Positions 1 through 8,060 of a stretch of DNA of 37,842 nucleotides are shown one piece after another. Numbering within the stretch: the first letter of the stretch is position 1; every line of letters starts with the position of its first letter. This DNA comes from an uncultured bacterium (GTDB lineage Bacteria > Methylomirabilota > Methylomirabilia > Rokubacteriales > CSP1-6): the NCBI GenBank assembly GCA_964642915.1, contig CAZXPE010000003.1:1-37842 (forward strand). Direction: 5' to 3'. The position numbers were made by a program, and so were the translations under genes. The notes beneath the pieces were generated by a model, which made no database searches, was not told the DNA's origin, and saw nothing but the letters and a program-made list of their open reading frames with translations.

Positions 1-695
1 CTGAAGTTCCGCTGGTGGTCCCGGAGATCAACCCCCACGCGGCAAAAGGCCACAAAGGGATTGTTGCCAGCCCCAACTGCACGACAGTGGTTACGGTGAT
101 GCCTCTCAAGCCTATCCACGACGCAGCCCGCATCCGGCGGGTGGTCGCCACCAGCTATCAGGCCGTCTCGGGGGCCGGGGTGAACGGCGTCGAGGAGCTC
201 AAACGCCAGACCCTCGCGTGGGCCAAGGGGGAGCCTCTTGAGGTCAGGTTCTTCCCTCACCAGATCGCCTTCAATGTCCTGCCGCACATCGACCGCTTTG
301 ACGATAGCGGCTACACGGGGGAGGAGCTGAAGCTGGTCAACGAGGTGAGGAAGATCCTGGAAGACCCGGAGATGAAGATCTCACCGACCACAGTTCGCGT
401 TCCCGTCTTTACTGCCCATTCGGTGGCGGTGAACGTGGAGACCGAGGAGAAGGTGACGGTCGCCAGAGCGCGGGAGCTGTTCGACAGATTCCCGGGACTC
501 CGCCTCTGGGACGACCCGGCCCGGAACCGGTACCCGATGCCTATCGTGGTGGAGGGGCAGGACGACTGCTTCGTTGGCCGGATCCGCGAGGACCTCTCCT
601 CTGATCGGGGGCTCAACTTCTGGGTGGTGGGGGACCAGCTCAGAAAGGGCGCGGCGACCAACGCAGTCCAGATCGCTGAGCTGCTCATCCGCTGA
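1..695 (+). CDS. asd: aspartate-semialdehyde dehydrogenase (5'-truncated by window edge)
   Basis: Frame is open from the window start (EVPLVVPEIN); catalytic ASPNCTT, SYQAVSGAG, RVPVFTAHS and C-terminal WVVGDQLRKGAATNAVQIAE motifs. Confidence 0.96.
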   Translation, partial: EVPLVVPEINPHAAKGHKGIVASPNCTTVVTVMPLKPIHDAARIRRVVATSYQAVSGAGVNGVEELKRQTLAWAKGEPLEVRFFPHQIAFNVLPHIDRFDDSGYTGEELKLVNEVRKILEDPEMKISPTTVRVPVFTAHSVAVNVETEEKVTVARARELFDRFPGLRLWDDPARNRYPMPIVVEGQDDCFVGRIREDLSSDRGLNFWVVGDQLRKGAATNAVQIAELLIR

Positions 696-704
696 GGGGC
701 CCCG

Positions 705-1058
705 ATGGCGATTAGATGGTGGAGGATCGAACGACAGTTGTCCAGGGAGGGGCGCTTCTACCTCTATACGATCTTCACTATCGCCGTCGTGGCCTATATC
801 GTGGTTCCGTGGGTGATACAGATATTCGCCTCGTTCAGCGAATATAACCCGGACTACTACGAGCCCAAGGACTTTGAGAGAGGAAAGCAGATCGAGCGGA
901 CTCCCTTCATCACGGACGTGCTGTCCGGCCAGTTCTATCCGGAGTGGTGGAGGGAGGCGTTGAAGCTCATGCTGCTCGTCCTGGTCGGCGCCCTCTGGTT
1001 CATTACTTACTCCTCGTCATCGTTCAAAGGGCCGGGTCGCCGCTCCTCCCGCCGCTGA
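705..1058 (+). CDS. hypothetical membrane protein (two predicted TM segments)
   Basis: 117-aa ORF with GAGGGG SD-like sequence upstream; two hydrophobic stretches (FYLYTIFTIAVVAYIVVPWVIQIF; ALKLMLLVLVGALWFITY); fills the asd-truA gap. Confidence 0.7.
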   Translation: MAIRWWRIERQLSREGRFYLYTIFTIAVVAYIVVPWVIQIFASFSEYNPDYYEPKDFERGKQIERTPFITDVLSGQFYPEWWREALKLMLLVLVGALWFITYSSSSFKGPGRRSSRR

Positions 1059-1071
1059 CCCGGAAATCGGC

Positions 1072-1815
1072 ATTCGCACGCTCAAGCTGACCGTCGGCTA
1101 CGACGGCACGCCTTTCCACGGCTGGCAGATCCAGCCCGGCCTGCCAACTGTCCAGGGTATTCTCACCGAGGCGATCGAGCAGATTCTCCGCGAGCCCGTC
1201 AGGGTCGTCGGCGCCAGCCGGACCGACGCTGGCGTTCACGCGATTGGCCAGGTCGCCAGCCTGACCACGTCGAGCGCCTTATCTCTCCTCGCGATCAGGT
1301 CAGGGCTGAACGCCAGGCTCCCTCGTGAGATCCGCGTTTCGGCTGTCGAGGAGGCCCAGCCGGGGTTCGACGCTCGTCGCTGGGCGCGGGCCAAGCGCTA
1401 CGCGTACTTCATCGAGAACGGCCCGGTGGCCTCCCCGTTGCGCCGCGGATTCATGTGGCATGTCAGCCAGCCCCTCGACAGCGCCGCCATGATGGAGGCG
1501 CTGGGCTTTCTCAGGGGGAGGCACGACTTCACCTCCTTCTGCGCGGCCCCAGGACGCGCCAGGGATCCGGTCTGCCGAATTTTTTCAGCGAGGCTCCTCT
1601 GGCGCCGGCGGTCCCTGGCGTTTCTGTTCTCCGCCGACAGCTTCCTCCATCACATGGTCAGGAACATCGTGGGGAGCCTGGTCGAGGTGGGCAGAGGGCG
1701 CCGCCCTCCCCGATGGATACGGGAGGTCCTCCTCGCCAGGAACCGGAGCCTGGCCGGCCCGACGGCGCCCGCCCACGGGCTCGTGCTGCTACGCGCCCTC
1801 TATCCGAGAGATTGA
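1072..1815 (+). CDS. truA: tRNA pseudouridine(38-40) synthase; start codon non-canonical/uncertain
   Basis: Reading upstream in the frame of ORF 1426..1815 gives (I)RTLKLTVGYDGTPFHGWQIQPG...GASRTDAGVHAIGQV (catalytic Asp), then HDFTSF, FLHHMVRNIVG and GPTAPAHGL. No in-frame ATG/GTG/TTG between the stop at 961-963 and the conserved N-terminus; ATT at 1072 sits at the usual Met position. Confidence 0.93.
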   Translation: MRTLKLTVGYDGTPFHGWQIQPGLPTVQGILTEAIEQILREPVRVVGASRTDAGVHAIGQVASLTTSSALSLLAIRSGLNARLPREIRVSAVEEAQPGFDARRWARAKRYAYFIENGPVASPLRRGFMWHVSQPLDSAAMMEALGFLRGRHDFTSFCAAPGRARDPVCRIFSARLLWRRRSLAFLFSADSFLHHMVRNIVGSLVEVGRGRRPPRWIREVLLARNRSLAGPTAPAHGLVLLRALYPRD

Positions 1816-1850
1816 ACCGCCCGCCTCGCGGTTCCTGGTCTCCTCGTGTC

Positions 1851-1859
1851 TGGTATTAT
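1851..1859 (+). promoter_or_regulatory. possible extended -10 sigma-70 element for fdhD
   Basis: TGGTATTAT (TGn-TATTAT) is an AT-rich patch in a GC-rich gap, 37 nt upstream of the inferred fdhD start; no clear -35. Confidence 0.3.
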
Positions 1860-1895
1860 AGGGAAGGCATCGAGGTCCGACGGAGACCGAAGCCG

Positions 1896-2654
1896 GTGAG
1901 AAGCTACTTTCAGCTAAGGGGCGGCAGAACCGAAGAGGTCAGAGACGAGGTGGTGCGCGAGCAACCCCTCGTGATTTTCATCAACGAGAAGAAGTTCGTC
2001 ACCCTCCTCTGTTCCCCCTTCAAGCTTGACTGCCTGGTGGTGGGGTATCTATGGCTCGAACGGGTCATCGCGTCGGTGGAGGATATCGTCCGGCTCGAAA
2101 TTTCGGAGGTGGACGGCGTGGCAAGCGTGGCTCTTGCCCGGGAGATGGAGCTTCCTACGGAGAGAATCCTCACAACCGGGTGCGGTGGCGGGATTACCTT
2201 CCGGATTGATCCCCGGCTGTTCCCGAAACTTCACACTTCCCTCAAGGTCAGGCCCGAGCAGCTCTATCAGAGGATGAAGGACCTGTACGCCGAGGCCGTT
2301 CACTACAGGACCTCCAGAGGGATCCACGGCGCGGCGCTTACTGACGGCGACCGGCTTCTGGTTGTGGCCGAGGACGTCGGGCGCCACAACGCCGTTGACA
2401 AGGTGAAGGGAGAAGCATTGCTCAAAGGGATTCCGACGACCGACATGATTCTCCTCTCGACAGGGCGGGTCTCCTCCGAGATGTTGCTGAAGGCCGCCCG
2501 CATGGAGGCCCCCCTCGTGGCTTCGCGAACCTCTCCAACCGAGATGGCGGTGAGCCTTGCCGAACAGCTCGGCATCACGCTGGTCGGGTATCTGCGGTCA
2601 GGGGGCCTGAACTTGTATGCGGGCGATGCCGTCATGCTTGACGCTTCTCCTTGA
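1896..2654 (+). CDS. fdhD: formate dehydrogenase accessory sulfurtransferase FdhD
   Basis: VVREQPLVIFIN, TTGCGG, GIHGAAL, EDVGRHNAVDKVKG, STGRVSSEMLLKA, LGITLVGY motifs. Start moved to GTG 1896 (GGAG at 1882-1885) because the ORF-track extension overlaps truA. Confidence 0.92.
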   Translation: MRSYFQLRGGRTEEVRDEVVREQPLVIFINEKKFVTLLCSPFKLDCLVVGYLWLERVIASVEDIVRLEISEVDGVASVALAREMELPTERILTTGCGGGITFRIDPRLFPKLHTSLKVRPEQLYQRMKDLYAEAVHYRTSRGIHGAALTDGDRLLVVAEDVGRHNAVDKVKGEALLKGIPTTDMILLSTGRVSSEMLLKAARMEAPLVASRTSPTEMAVSLAEQLGITLVGYLRSGGLNLYAGDAVMLDASP

Positions 2655-2665
2655 GGGGGGCCTCG

Positions 2666-3574
2666 ATGGACGCGCCGCCGGATCTGGTCAGGTCTTTCCT
2701 CCCCGCGGTGGTCAACATTTACACGAAAGTGCCTGAGCGGCATCCGTCCACCCGCCTTCTCGGCGGGGAACGGATGGGCTCAGGAACTGTGATCGACCCC
2801 GGAGGCCTCATTCTCACAGTGAACTATGTGGTCATGGGAGGAGAGGCGATCCACGTCACGTTCTCCAAGGGCCGGTCGGTCAGGGCCGAGATCGCGGCGC
2901 AGGACTTCGACGTGGGCCTTGCTCTTCTCAAGGTGAAGCGGCAGGGGCTTCACGCCGTGGAGATTGATTCCTCGGAGTCTGTCGAGCTGGGGGACCCTGT
3001 GTTTGCCCTGGCGTCCACCGGCCCCCATGAGCGGCGTGTGTCAGGAGGCGCGGTCACGTACCTCGGGGAGTTCGAGGCGTACTGGGAATACCTGCTGGAG
3101 CGGGCCATTGCGTCCAGCGCCCCGAACCCGGGCTTCGGGGGCGGCCCCCTGTTCACCCTGGAGGGGAGGATGGTCGGGATCGTCTCGCTGAACCTCAACG
3201 AGGTCGTGCGGAGCTCCCTTTCGATTCCTGTCGGGTACTATCAAGATCATCAGCAGGAGCTGCTTCGCTTCGGGAGGGTGGTGAGCCGCCCGAGGCGGGC
3301 CTGGCTCGGGCTTTTCGCCCATCCGCTCGAGACGGGAGTGGTGGTAGCAGGGCTGGTTCCGAACGGGCCGGGCGAACGCTCGGGCCTCAGGGAGGGGGAT
3401 GTGATCGTTTCTTTGAGCTCGCAGGAGGTGGTTACTCGGAAGGACCTCTACCTTTCGCTCTGGCGCCATGGGCCTGGGGAGAGGATCAGCCTGGAGGTCA
3501 TGCGGGACAACGCGCTCGCGGGGATGGAGGTTACCTCTGGCGACCGGGCCGACTTCTACAAGCAGCTTTCGTGA
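2666..3574 (+). CDS. S1C/HtrA-fold trypsin-like protein with PDZ domain; catalytic triad substituted (likely pseudoprotease)
   Basis: GSGTVID...ILTVNYVV, DFDVGLALLK, NPGFGGGPLFTLEGRMVGI, then PDZ (RAWLGL...GLREGDVIVSL). ATG 2666 follows a GAGGGG SD; no signal peptide. Confidence 0.85.
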   Translation: MDAPPDLVRSFLPAVVNIYTKVPERHPSTRLLGGERMGSGTVIDPGGLILTVNYVVMGGEAIHVTFSKGRSVRAEIAAQDFDVGLALLKVKRQGLHAVEIDSSESVELGDPVFALASTGPHERRVSGGAVTYLGEFEAYWEYLLERAIASSAPNPGFGGGPLFTLEGRMVGIVSLNLNEVVRSSLSIPVGYYQDHQQELLRFGRVVSRPRRAWLGLFAHPLETGVVVAGLVPNGPGERSGLREGDVIVSLSSQEVVTRKDLYLSLWRHGPGERISLEVMRDNALAGMEVTSGDRADFYKQLS

Positions 3575-3587
3575 GGGGGAGCCGGGT

Positions 3588-4397
3588 GTGATCAGAGCGT
3601 TCCGCCTGGCGTCGGCCGGCTTCTTCTCCCGCCAGGGATTCTTCCTGGCCGCGGGGCTCTCCTTTTACTTTCTGATCTGCGTGGTTCCGCTTCTCTTCCT
3701 CGTCGTCTCTCTTGCCGGGTTCGTGCTCTCTCGGGAAACCGCCGCGGCTCAGGTCGTTTCCCGGCTCGGCCAGATCATCCCGGTCTATCAGCAGGAGATC
3801 ACCCGCGCCCTCCACAGGATCGTATCCACCCGAAAGCTCTCGGGGATCCTGGGGACCGTTATCCTTGTTCTTTTCTCGACTCAACTTTTCGCCGCCATTC
3901 GCTTCGTGCTGAACAGGATCCTCGGTGTCAAGGGACGGGGAGTGCTCCAGGGGATGGCGATTGATGTCGGGATGATCCTCCTCGCCGGCCCTCTCTTTGT
4001 TGCGGCTATCAGCGTGACTGACTTGCTGGTATGGCTCAAGGCCGTTGTCTTCCCGCCGGTAAAGCTCACCCGGCTGGCGTTGGAGCTGGCGGGGATAGGC
4101 TTCAGCCTGGGGTTTTCCATCTCCATGTTTTTCATCATCTATCGGTTTCTGCCCGGCGTGGCGCTTCCCTTGAGGGGCGCCTTTAGAGGAGCGGTCCTGG
4201 CCGGTTTGCTCTGGGAAGTTGCCAAGCAACTCTTCCGACTTTACATCACCAAGTTGGGGATATATGACCGAATTTACGGCCCTTTGGGTGTGTTGGTAGC
4301 GTTCGTTATGTTCGTCTATTACTCGGCGTGCGTTTTTGTCTTCGGGGCCGAGTACATTCGAGCTTTGAGTGAGCGGGCCTCCGGTACTGCCCCTTGA
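3588..4397 (+). CDS. YihY/BrkB-family membrane protein
   Basis: AAGLSFYFLICVVPLLF, IYRFLP, LLWEVAKQLFRLY, YDRIYGPLG, YYSACVFVFGAE; several TM helices; GTG 3588 after a GGGGAG SD. Confidence 0.88.
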   Translation: MIRAFRLASAGFFSRQGFFLAAGLSFYFLICVVPLLFLVVSLAGFVLSRETAAAQVVSRLGQIIPVYQQEITRALHRIVSTRKLSGILGTVILVLFSTQLFAAIRFVLNRILGVKGRGVLQGMAIDVGMILLAGPLFVAAISVTDLLVWLKAVVFPPVKLTRLALELAGIGFSLGFSISMFFIIYRFLPGVALPLRGAFRGAVLAGLLWEVAKQLFRLYITKLGIYDRIYGPLGVLVAFVMFVYYSACVFVFGAEYIRALSERASGTAP

Positions 4398-4454
4398 TCG
4401 TTCGTTTTTCGACCACCTCTTCATCTGCGTGTTGACTAAAAAAGGGCCGGACCG

Positions 4455-4495
4455 GTAAAAATCTTGACGCCCCCCCCGCTTTGTGATAGTCAAGA
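4455..4495 (+). promoter_or_regulatory. putative sigma-70 promoter/operator of the sigma-54 activator gene
   Basis: TTGACG (4464-4469), a C8 run (4470-4477), then TGTGATAGT (4482-4490); inverted repeat TCTTGAC/GTCAAGA (4462-4468/4489-4495). Confidence 0.4.
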
Positions 4496-4574
4496 AGAGC
4501 CTGTTGTCGCCTAGTCCCCGTCGTTGACTTCCTGACCCTCTTGACGGCGGCCCCGTCGGCCGAAGGTGGTCTAT

Positions 4575-5921
4575 ATGAACGTTGTCATGGTCGTTGATGA
4601 CGAGAAGAGCCTCAGGCGTCTCCTTCAAGAGGCCCTCACAGAAGAGCAGATGGAGGTCTACACTGCGGCCGACGGGAAAGAGACCCTCCAGATGCTGGAG
4701 GAGATCACTCCCGATCTCGTTCTTCTGGACCTCATCCTGCCGGATACGAACGGGCTTCAGCTCCTGAAGCATGTCCGCCGGCGCCACCCGGAGGCGGCCG
4801 TGATTATCATGACCGCCTTCGGGGAGATCAGGTCTGCCGTCGAGGCGATGAAGAACCAGGCCTATGACTATCTGACCAAGCCGTTCGACATCGAAGAGCT
4901 CAAGCTGACAATTCATCGGGCCCTGGAGACTATCAACGTCAAGAGGGAATACCAGCGGCTCCGCGAGACTCAGGAGGGACAGTACCGGGTTGACCAGATC
5001 GTGGGCGAGTCTGAGGCGACCCGGCAGCTACGCAACCGGGTCCGGCAGATAGCGTTGAGCGAGGCGCACACGATCCTGCTGGCCGGGGAGAGCGGGACCG
5101 GCAAGGATCTGGTCGCCAAGGCGCTCCACTACGACAGCCAGCGCCGCCAGTTTCCCATCGTCGAGATCAACTGCGCGGCGATCACCGAGACACTTTTCGA
5201 GTCGGAGCTGTTCGGCCACGAGCGGGGCGCGTTCACAGACGCCAAGGGAATGAAAAAAGGGCTCATCGAAATGGCGCATCGCGGCACCCTCTTTCTCGAC
5301 GAGATCAGCGAGATGTCTCTCGGGACACAGGCGAAATTCCTCCGGGTGCTTCAGGACCGGAGCTTCAAGCGGGTCGGGGGGACGCGCGAGATCGAGGTGG
5401 ATGTGAGGGTTGTGGCCGCCTCTAACAGGGACCTGGAAACCCATGTGCGAGAGGGGTCATTCCGCCAGGACCTGTTCTACAGGCTGAACGTCATTCCGGT
5501 GAGGCTTACCCCCCTGAGGGACAGGCCGGCGGACGTCCCTGTTCTGGCTTACCATTTTCTGGCCCGGGCGAATGTCCTGTTCCACAAGAACATCAAGGGG
5601 TTCACCCCGGAGGCCGAGGCGCTTCTCCGCTCATACAGATGGCCTGGAAATGTCAGGGAACTGAAAAACGTGGTGGAACGGATCGTCATCCTGGGGTCGT
5701 CCGACGTGATAGGGGCAGAAGACCTTCCCGGCGAGATCACGACCTTCCATGCCTCGCGCAACGCTTTTCCTGTCTCGGGTCCTCCCCGAAGGCTGGAGGA
5801 GGTGGAGAGGGCGTATATCCTTGAGGTCCTTAAAATGGTCAACGGGAACAAGACCAAAGCGGCCGAGGTTCTCGGGATCACTCGCCAGACCCTCAGAACC
5901 AAACTCTCAGAAACCGACTAG
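4575..5921 (+). CDS. sigma-54-dependent response regulator (REC-AAA+-Fis HTH), candidate flagellar master regulator
   Basis: REC (VVDDE, LLDLILPD, LTKPF), Walker A GESGTGKD, ESELFGHERGAFTDA, LFLDEI, FRQDLFYRLNV, WPGNVRELKN, HTH GNKTKAAEVLGITRQTL. ATG 4575 preferred over GTG 4566. Confidence 0.93.
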   Translation: MNVVMVVDDEKSLRRLLQEALTEEQMEVYTAADGKETLQMLEEITPDLVLLDLILPDTNGLQLLKHVRRRHPEAAVIIMTAFGEIRSAVEAMKNQAYDYLTKPFDIEELKLTIHRALETINVKREYQRLRETQEGQYRVDQIVGESEATRQLRNRVRQIALSEAHTILLAGESGTGKDLVAKALHYDSQRRQFPIVEINCAAITETLFESELFGHERGAFTDAKGMKKGLIEMAHRGTLFLDEISEMSLGTQAKFLRVLQDRSFKRVGGTREIEVDVRVVAASNRDLETHVREGSFRQDLFYRLNVIPVRLTPLRDRPADVPVLAYHFLARANVLFHKNIKGFTPEAEALLRSYRWPGNVRELKNVVERIVILGSSDVIGAEDLPGEITTFHASRNAFPVSGPPRRLEEVERAYILEVLKMVNGNKTKAAEVLGITRQTLRTKLSETD

Positions 5922-6017
5922 ATTTTCTCCGGCGCGATCAATTATTTGCCGATCCAAGCTCAATCCCGGGAACTATGTATTCCGGCGTGACTTTTAGAGT
6001 GCCTGCTCGGCTCGGCA

Positions 6018-6077
6018 GGTAAAGTTTTCACCCGCCTCGGAAAATTCTCTCCTGCGTCACCGGGGAAAAATTTTCTC
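6018..6077. promoter_or_regulatory. candidate upstream activator (enhancer) sites
   Basis: Three AT-core near-palindromes: GGTAAAGTTTTCACC (6018-6032), CGGAAAATTCTCTCC (6038-6052), GGGAAAAATTTTCTC (6063-6077), upstream of a sigma-54 promoter; similar to the palindrome at 15303. Confidence 0.5.
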
Positions 6078-6119
6078 TAACTCCCCGATTTTCCTGCCTT
6101 CGGAATTTCCTTCTCTTCC

Positions 6120-6135
6120 TGGCATCCAGATTGCT
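6120..6135 (+). promoter_or_regulatory. sigma-54 (-24/-12) promoter of the HEAT-che operon
   Basis: TGGCAT-CCAGA-TTGCT matches TGGCAC-N5-TTGC with exact GG-N10-GC spacing. Confidence 0.8.
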
Positions 6136-6152
6136 CATATTGGAGTCCGCCG

Positions 6153-8060
6153 ATGCAAGAGATTCCGTCCGTGGAGACTCATACTCGGCAACTCCAGCAT
6201 CCTGATCCAGACCTCAAACGGGAGGCCATCAGGAAAATTCTGGCGTCCCCCTCCTCTGAAGGGGAGCGGACGCTGGTTCAGCTTGTTACTGACCCCAGTC
6301 ACGGGGTGAGGGAGGCGGCTGCTCAGGCGCTCCGCATTGTCGGGGGACAGGCGGCGATAGAGGCCCTGATCCCTCTCCTCTACTCTGAACACCCCCACGT
6401 CAGAAACAGCGCCATCGAGCTTCTGGTCGCATTCGGGTCCCCGGTCGTGCCGCGAGTGGCCGCCCTCCAGCGCGACCCCGACTCTGACATCAGGAAATTC
6501 TCGGCGGACATCCTCGGGGCCGTCGGAAGCCGGGAGAGCCTCCTCTCGCTTTTAGTTCTTCTTGACGACCCCAACCCCAACGTCCAGCACGCCGCCGCTG
6601 AGGCGCTGGGACGTCTCGGCCTCCCCGAGGCTGTCCCGCGGCTCACGGCGCTCCTCTCAGTTCCAGGCCCTCACTGGTATCCGGTGGTGACGGCCCTGGG
6701 GCAGATCGGCGATCCTTCGGCGGCGCCGGTTCTTCTCTCTGCCCTGGCCCATGCGGACCCGATGACGGCTGTGGTCATCCTCGACGCGGTGGGACGACTG
6801 GGGGACGAAGCCGCTTACGAGCGGGTGGCGTGCCTCATCGAAGAGGCTAGGTGTTCCCGGAGCCCGAAGCAGACCCGGCTCGTGGTCGCCGCCTGTTTTA
6901 AGGCTCTTCTCCAACTTTCAATCCGCCTCGGCCGCCCGCTGCCCTTTCTGGATCAGAGCTTTGTCATTCAGAACGTGGAAGCCCTCCTGGACGAAGGCGA
7001 CCACGACGGGGTGATCGCCTCGATTCGAGCCTATGGCGCGATGATCCCGCCGAAATGGGCGCCCAGGATTGTCGCCCTTGCTGAGGATGATCCGGTCGCC
7101 GAACTTGTTGCGTTCGCCGCTGAGCTGTGCCGCCGGCTCCCCGCCATCATCGTACCCGCTCTGGAAAGCTGCCCCGCCGCTCTGAGGGAGGCGTTGCTGG
7201 GCGGGCTCGTCGAGGATCCGACTCCACAGGTTGTTGAGGCATTGGTCGAGGGACTTTCCCTGGAGAAGATTGGCGGTCATGCCGAGCTTGTCGAAGCGCT
7301 CGGAAGAATCGGCGATCCCCGAGCGGTCGGGACGATGCTCGCCATCCTCCGCGAAGGGGATTCATGGCTCAAGGCGCGCACCGCCGAGGCGCTCGGGCGG
7401 ATGGGAGCAATAGAGGCCGTCCCGACGCTGCTTGAGCTTATCGCCGAAGGGGAAGAGGAGGAACAAGTCCTTACCGCTTACGTCCGCGCCGTCAAGACTA
7501 TCGACCCGTTAACGGTGGGCCTGGCGTTTCCCGATCTTCTTGCTCACAGAGACCCGGTGGTTCGCAGGGCCGCGGTGGAAGCTCTGGGCGCCAGCCTGGA
7601 GGACCCGACCTTGCTCCTTCCGCTCAGCCAGGACCCGGATCCATCGGTGCGCCGGGCAGCCGTCCGGTTCCTCCCCAGGCTGCCATCGTCACTGGAGCCT
7701 CTCCTGCTTGCTCTCCTGGACGAAGATGCGGGGGTCCGCCGCGCCGCGGTCAGGGCCATCGCCGCTCTGGAGGCCGATGAGGCCGCGGCTTCGCTGGAGT
7801 CGCTCTACCGGGAGGAGGCGGACCCGCAGGTGCGCTGTGAGATTGTGGTCTCCCTGAGAGATCGGATGAGCGCGCAGGCAAAGCCGTTGCTCCTGGGCGC
7901 ACTCAGCGATCCAGCCCCGCTGGTCCGCGTCGCCGCTGCCTGCGCTTTCGGGGTTTCGGGAGATCCGCTGGAGCCCGCCGCCCGCGCCCAGCTCAGGCAA
8001 CTTGGGGATCCCGAGCTGGCCGCCGCTCTGGACGTTGATCCGCTCGTGCCCCGGCGATGA
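6153..8060 (+). CDS. HEAT-repeat (PBS lyase-like) protein associated with cheR
   Basis: Many L..D....VR.AAA.ALG.LG repeats (DPSHGVREAAAQAL, DPNPNVQHAAAEALGRLG, DPDPSVRRAAV, DEDAGVRRAAVRAI); stop overlaps the cheR start (ATGA). Confidence 0.9.
   Translation: MQEIPSVETHTRQLQHPDPDLKREAIRKILASPSSEGERTLVQLVTDPSHGVREAAAQALRIVGGQAAIEALIPLLYSEHPHVRNSAIELLVAFGSPVVPRVAALQRDPDSDIRKFSADILGAVGSRESLLSLLVLLDDPNPNVQHAAAEALGRLGLPEAVPRLTALLSVPGPHWYPVVTALGQIGDPSAAPVLLSALAHADPMTAVVILDAVGRLGDEAAYERVACLIEEARCSRSPKQTRLVVAACFKALLQLSIRLGRPLPFLDQSFVIQNVEALLDEGDHDGVIASIRAYGAMIPPKWAPRIVALAEDDPVAELVAFAAELCRRLPAIIVPALESCPAALREALLGGLVEDPTPQVVEALVEGLSLEKIGGHAELVEALGRIGDPRAVGTMLAILREGDSWLKARTAEALGRMGAIEAVPTLLELIAEGEEEEQVLTAYVRAVKTIDPLTVGLAFPDLLAHRDPVVRRAAVEALGASLEDPTLLLPLSQDPDPSVRRAAVRFLPRLPSSLEPLLLALLDEDAGVRRAAVRAIAALEADEAAASLESLYREEADPQVRCEIVVSLRDRMSAQAKPLLLGALSDPAPLVRVAAACAFGVSGDPLEPAARAQLRQLGDPELAAALDVDPLVPRR

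Noticed and set aside
1072-1815. truA as a pseudogene
   Set aside because: The frame is uninterrupted and all catalytic motifs are intact; only the start codon is atypical.
1455-1895. N-terminal 147 aa of the 399-aa ORF, suggesting an FdhD fusion
   Set aside because: It overlaps truA in another frame; FdhD similarity begins only near GTG 1896.
3531-4916. Long minus-strand ORFs (e.g. 461 aa here, 368 aa at 8072-9178, 456 aa at 30702-32072)
   Set aside because: They are antisense shadows of well-supported + strand genes in high-GC DNA and carry no recognisable motifs.
6001-6030. Hairpin GCCTGC...GCAGGT as an intrinsic terminator after the activator gene
   Set aside because: The stem is short, there is no immediate U-tract, and it overlaps a candidate enhancer site.
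7440-7800. MCP-like methylation sites in the HEAT protein (GEEEEQ, ADEAAAS) and the kinase coiled coil (STSREEG)
   Set aside because: They match the small-small-x-x-E/Q-E/Q-x-x-A-S/T consensus only partly; not distinguishable from chance by eye.
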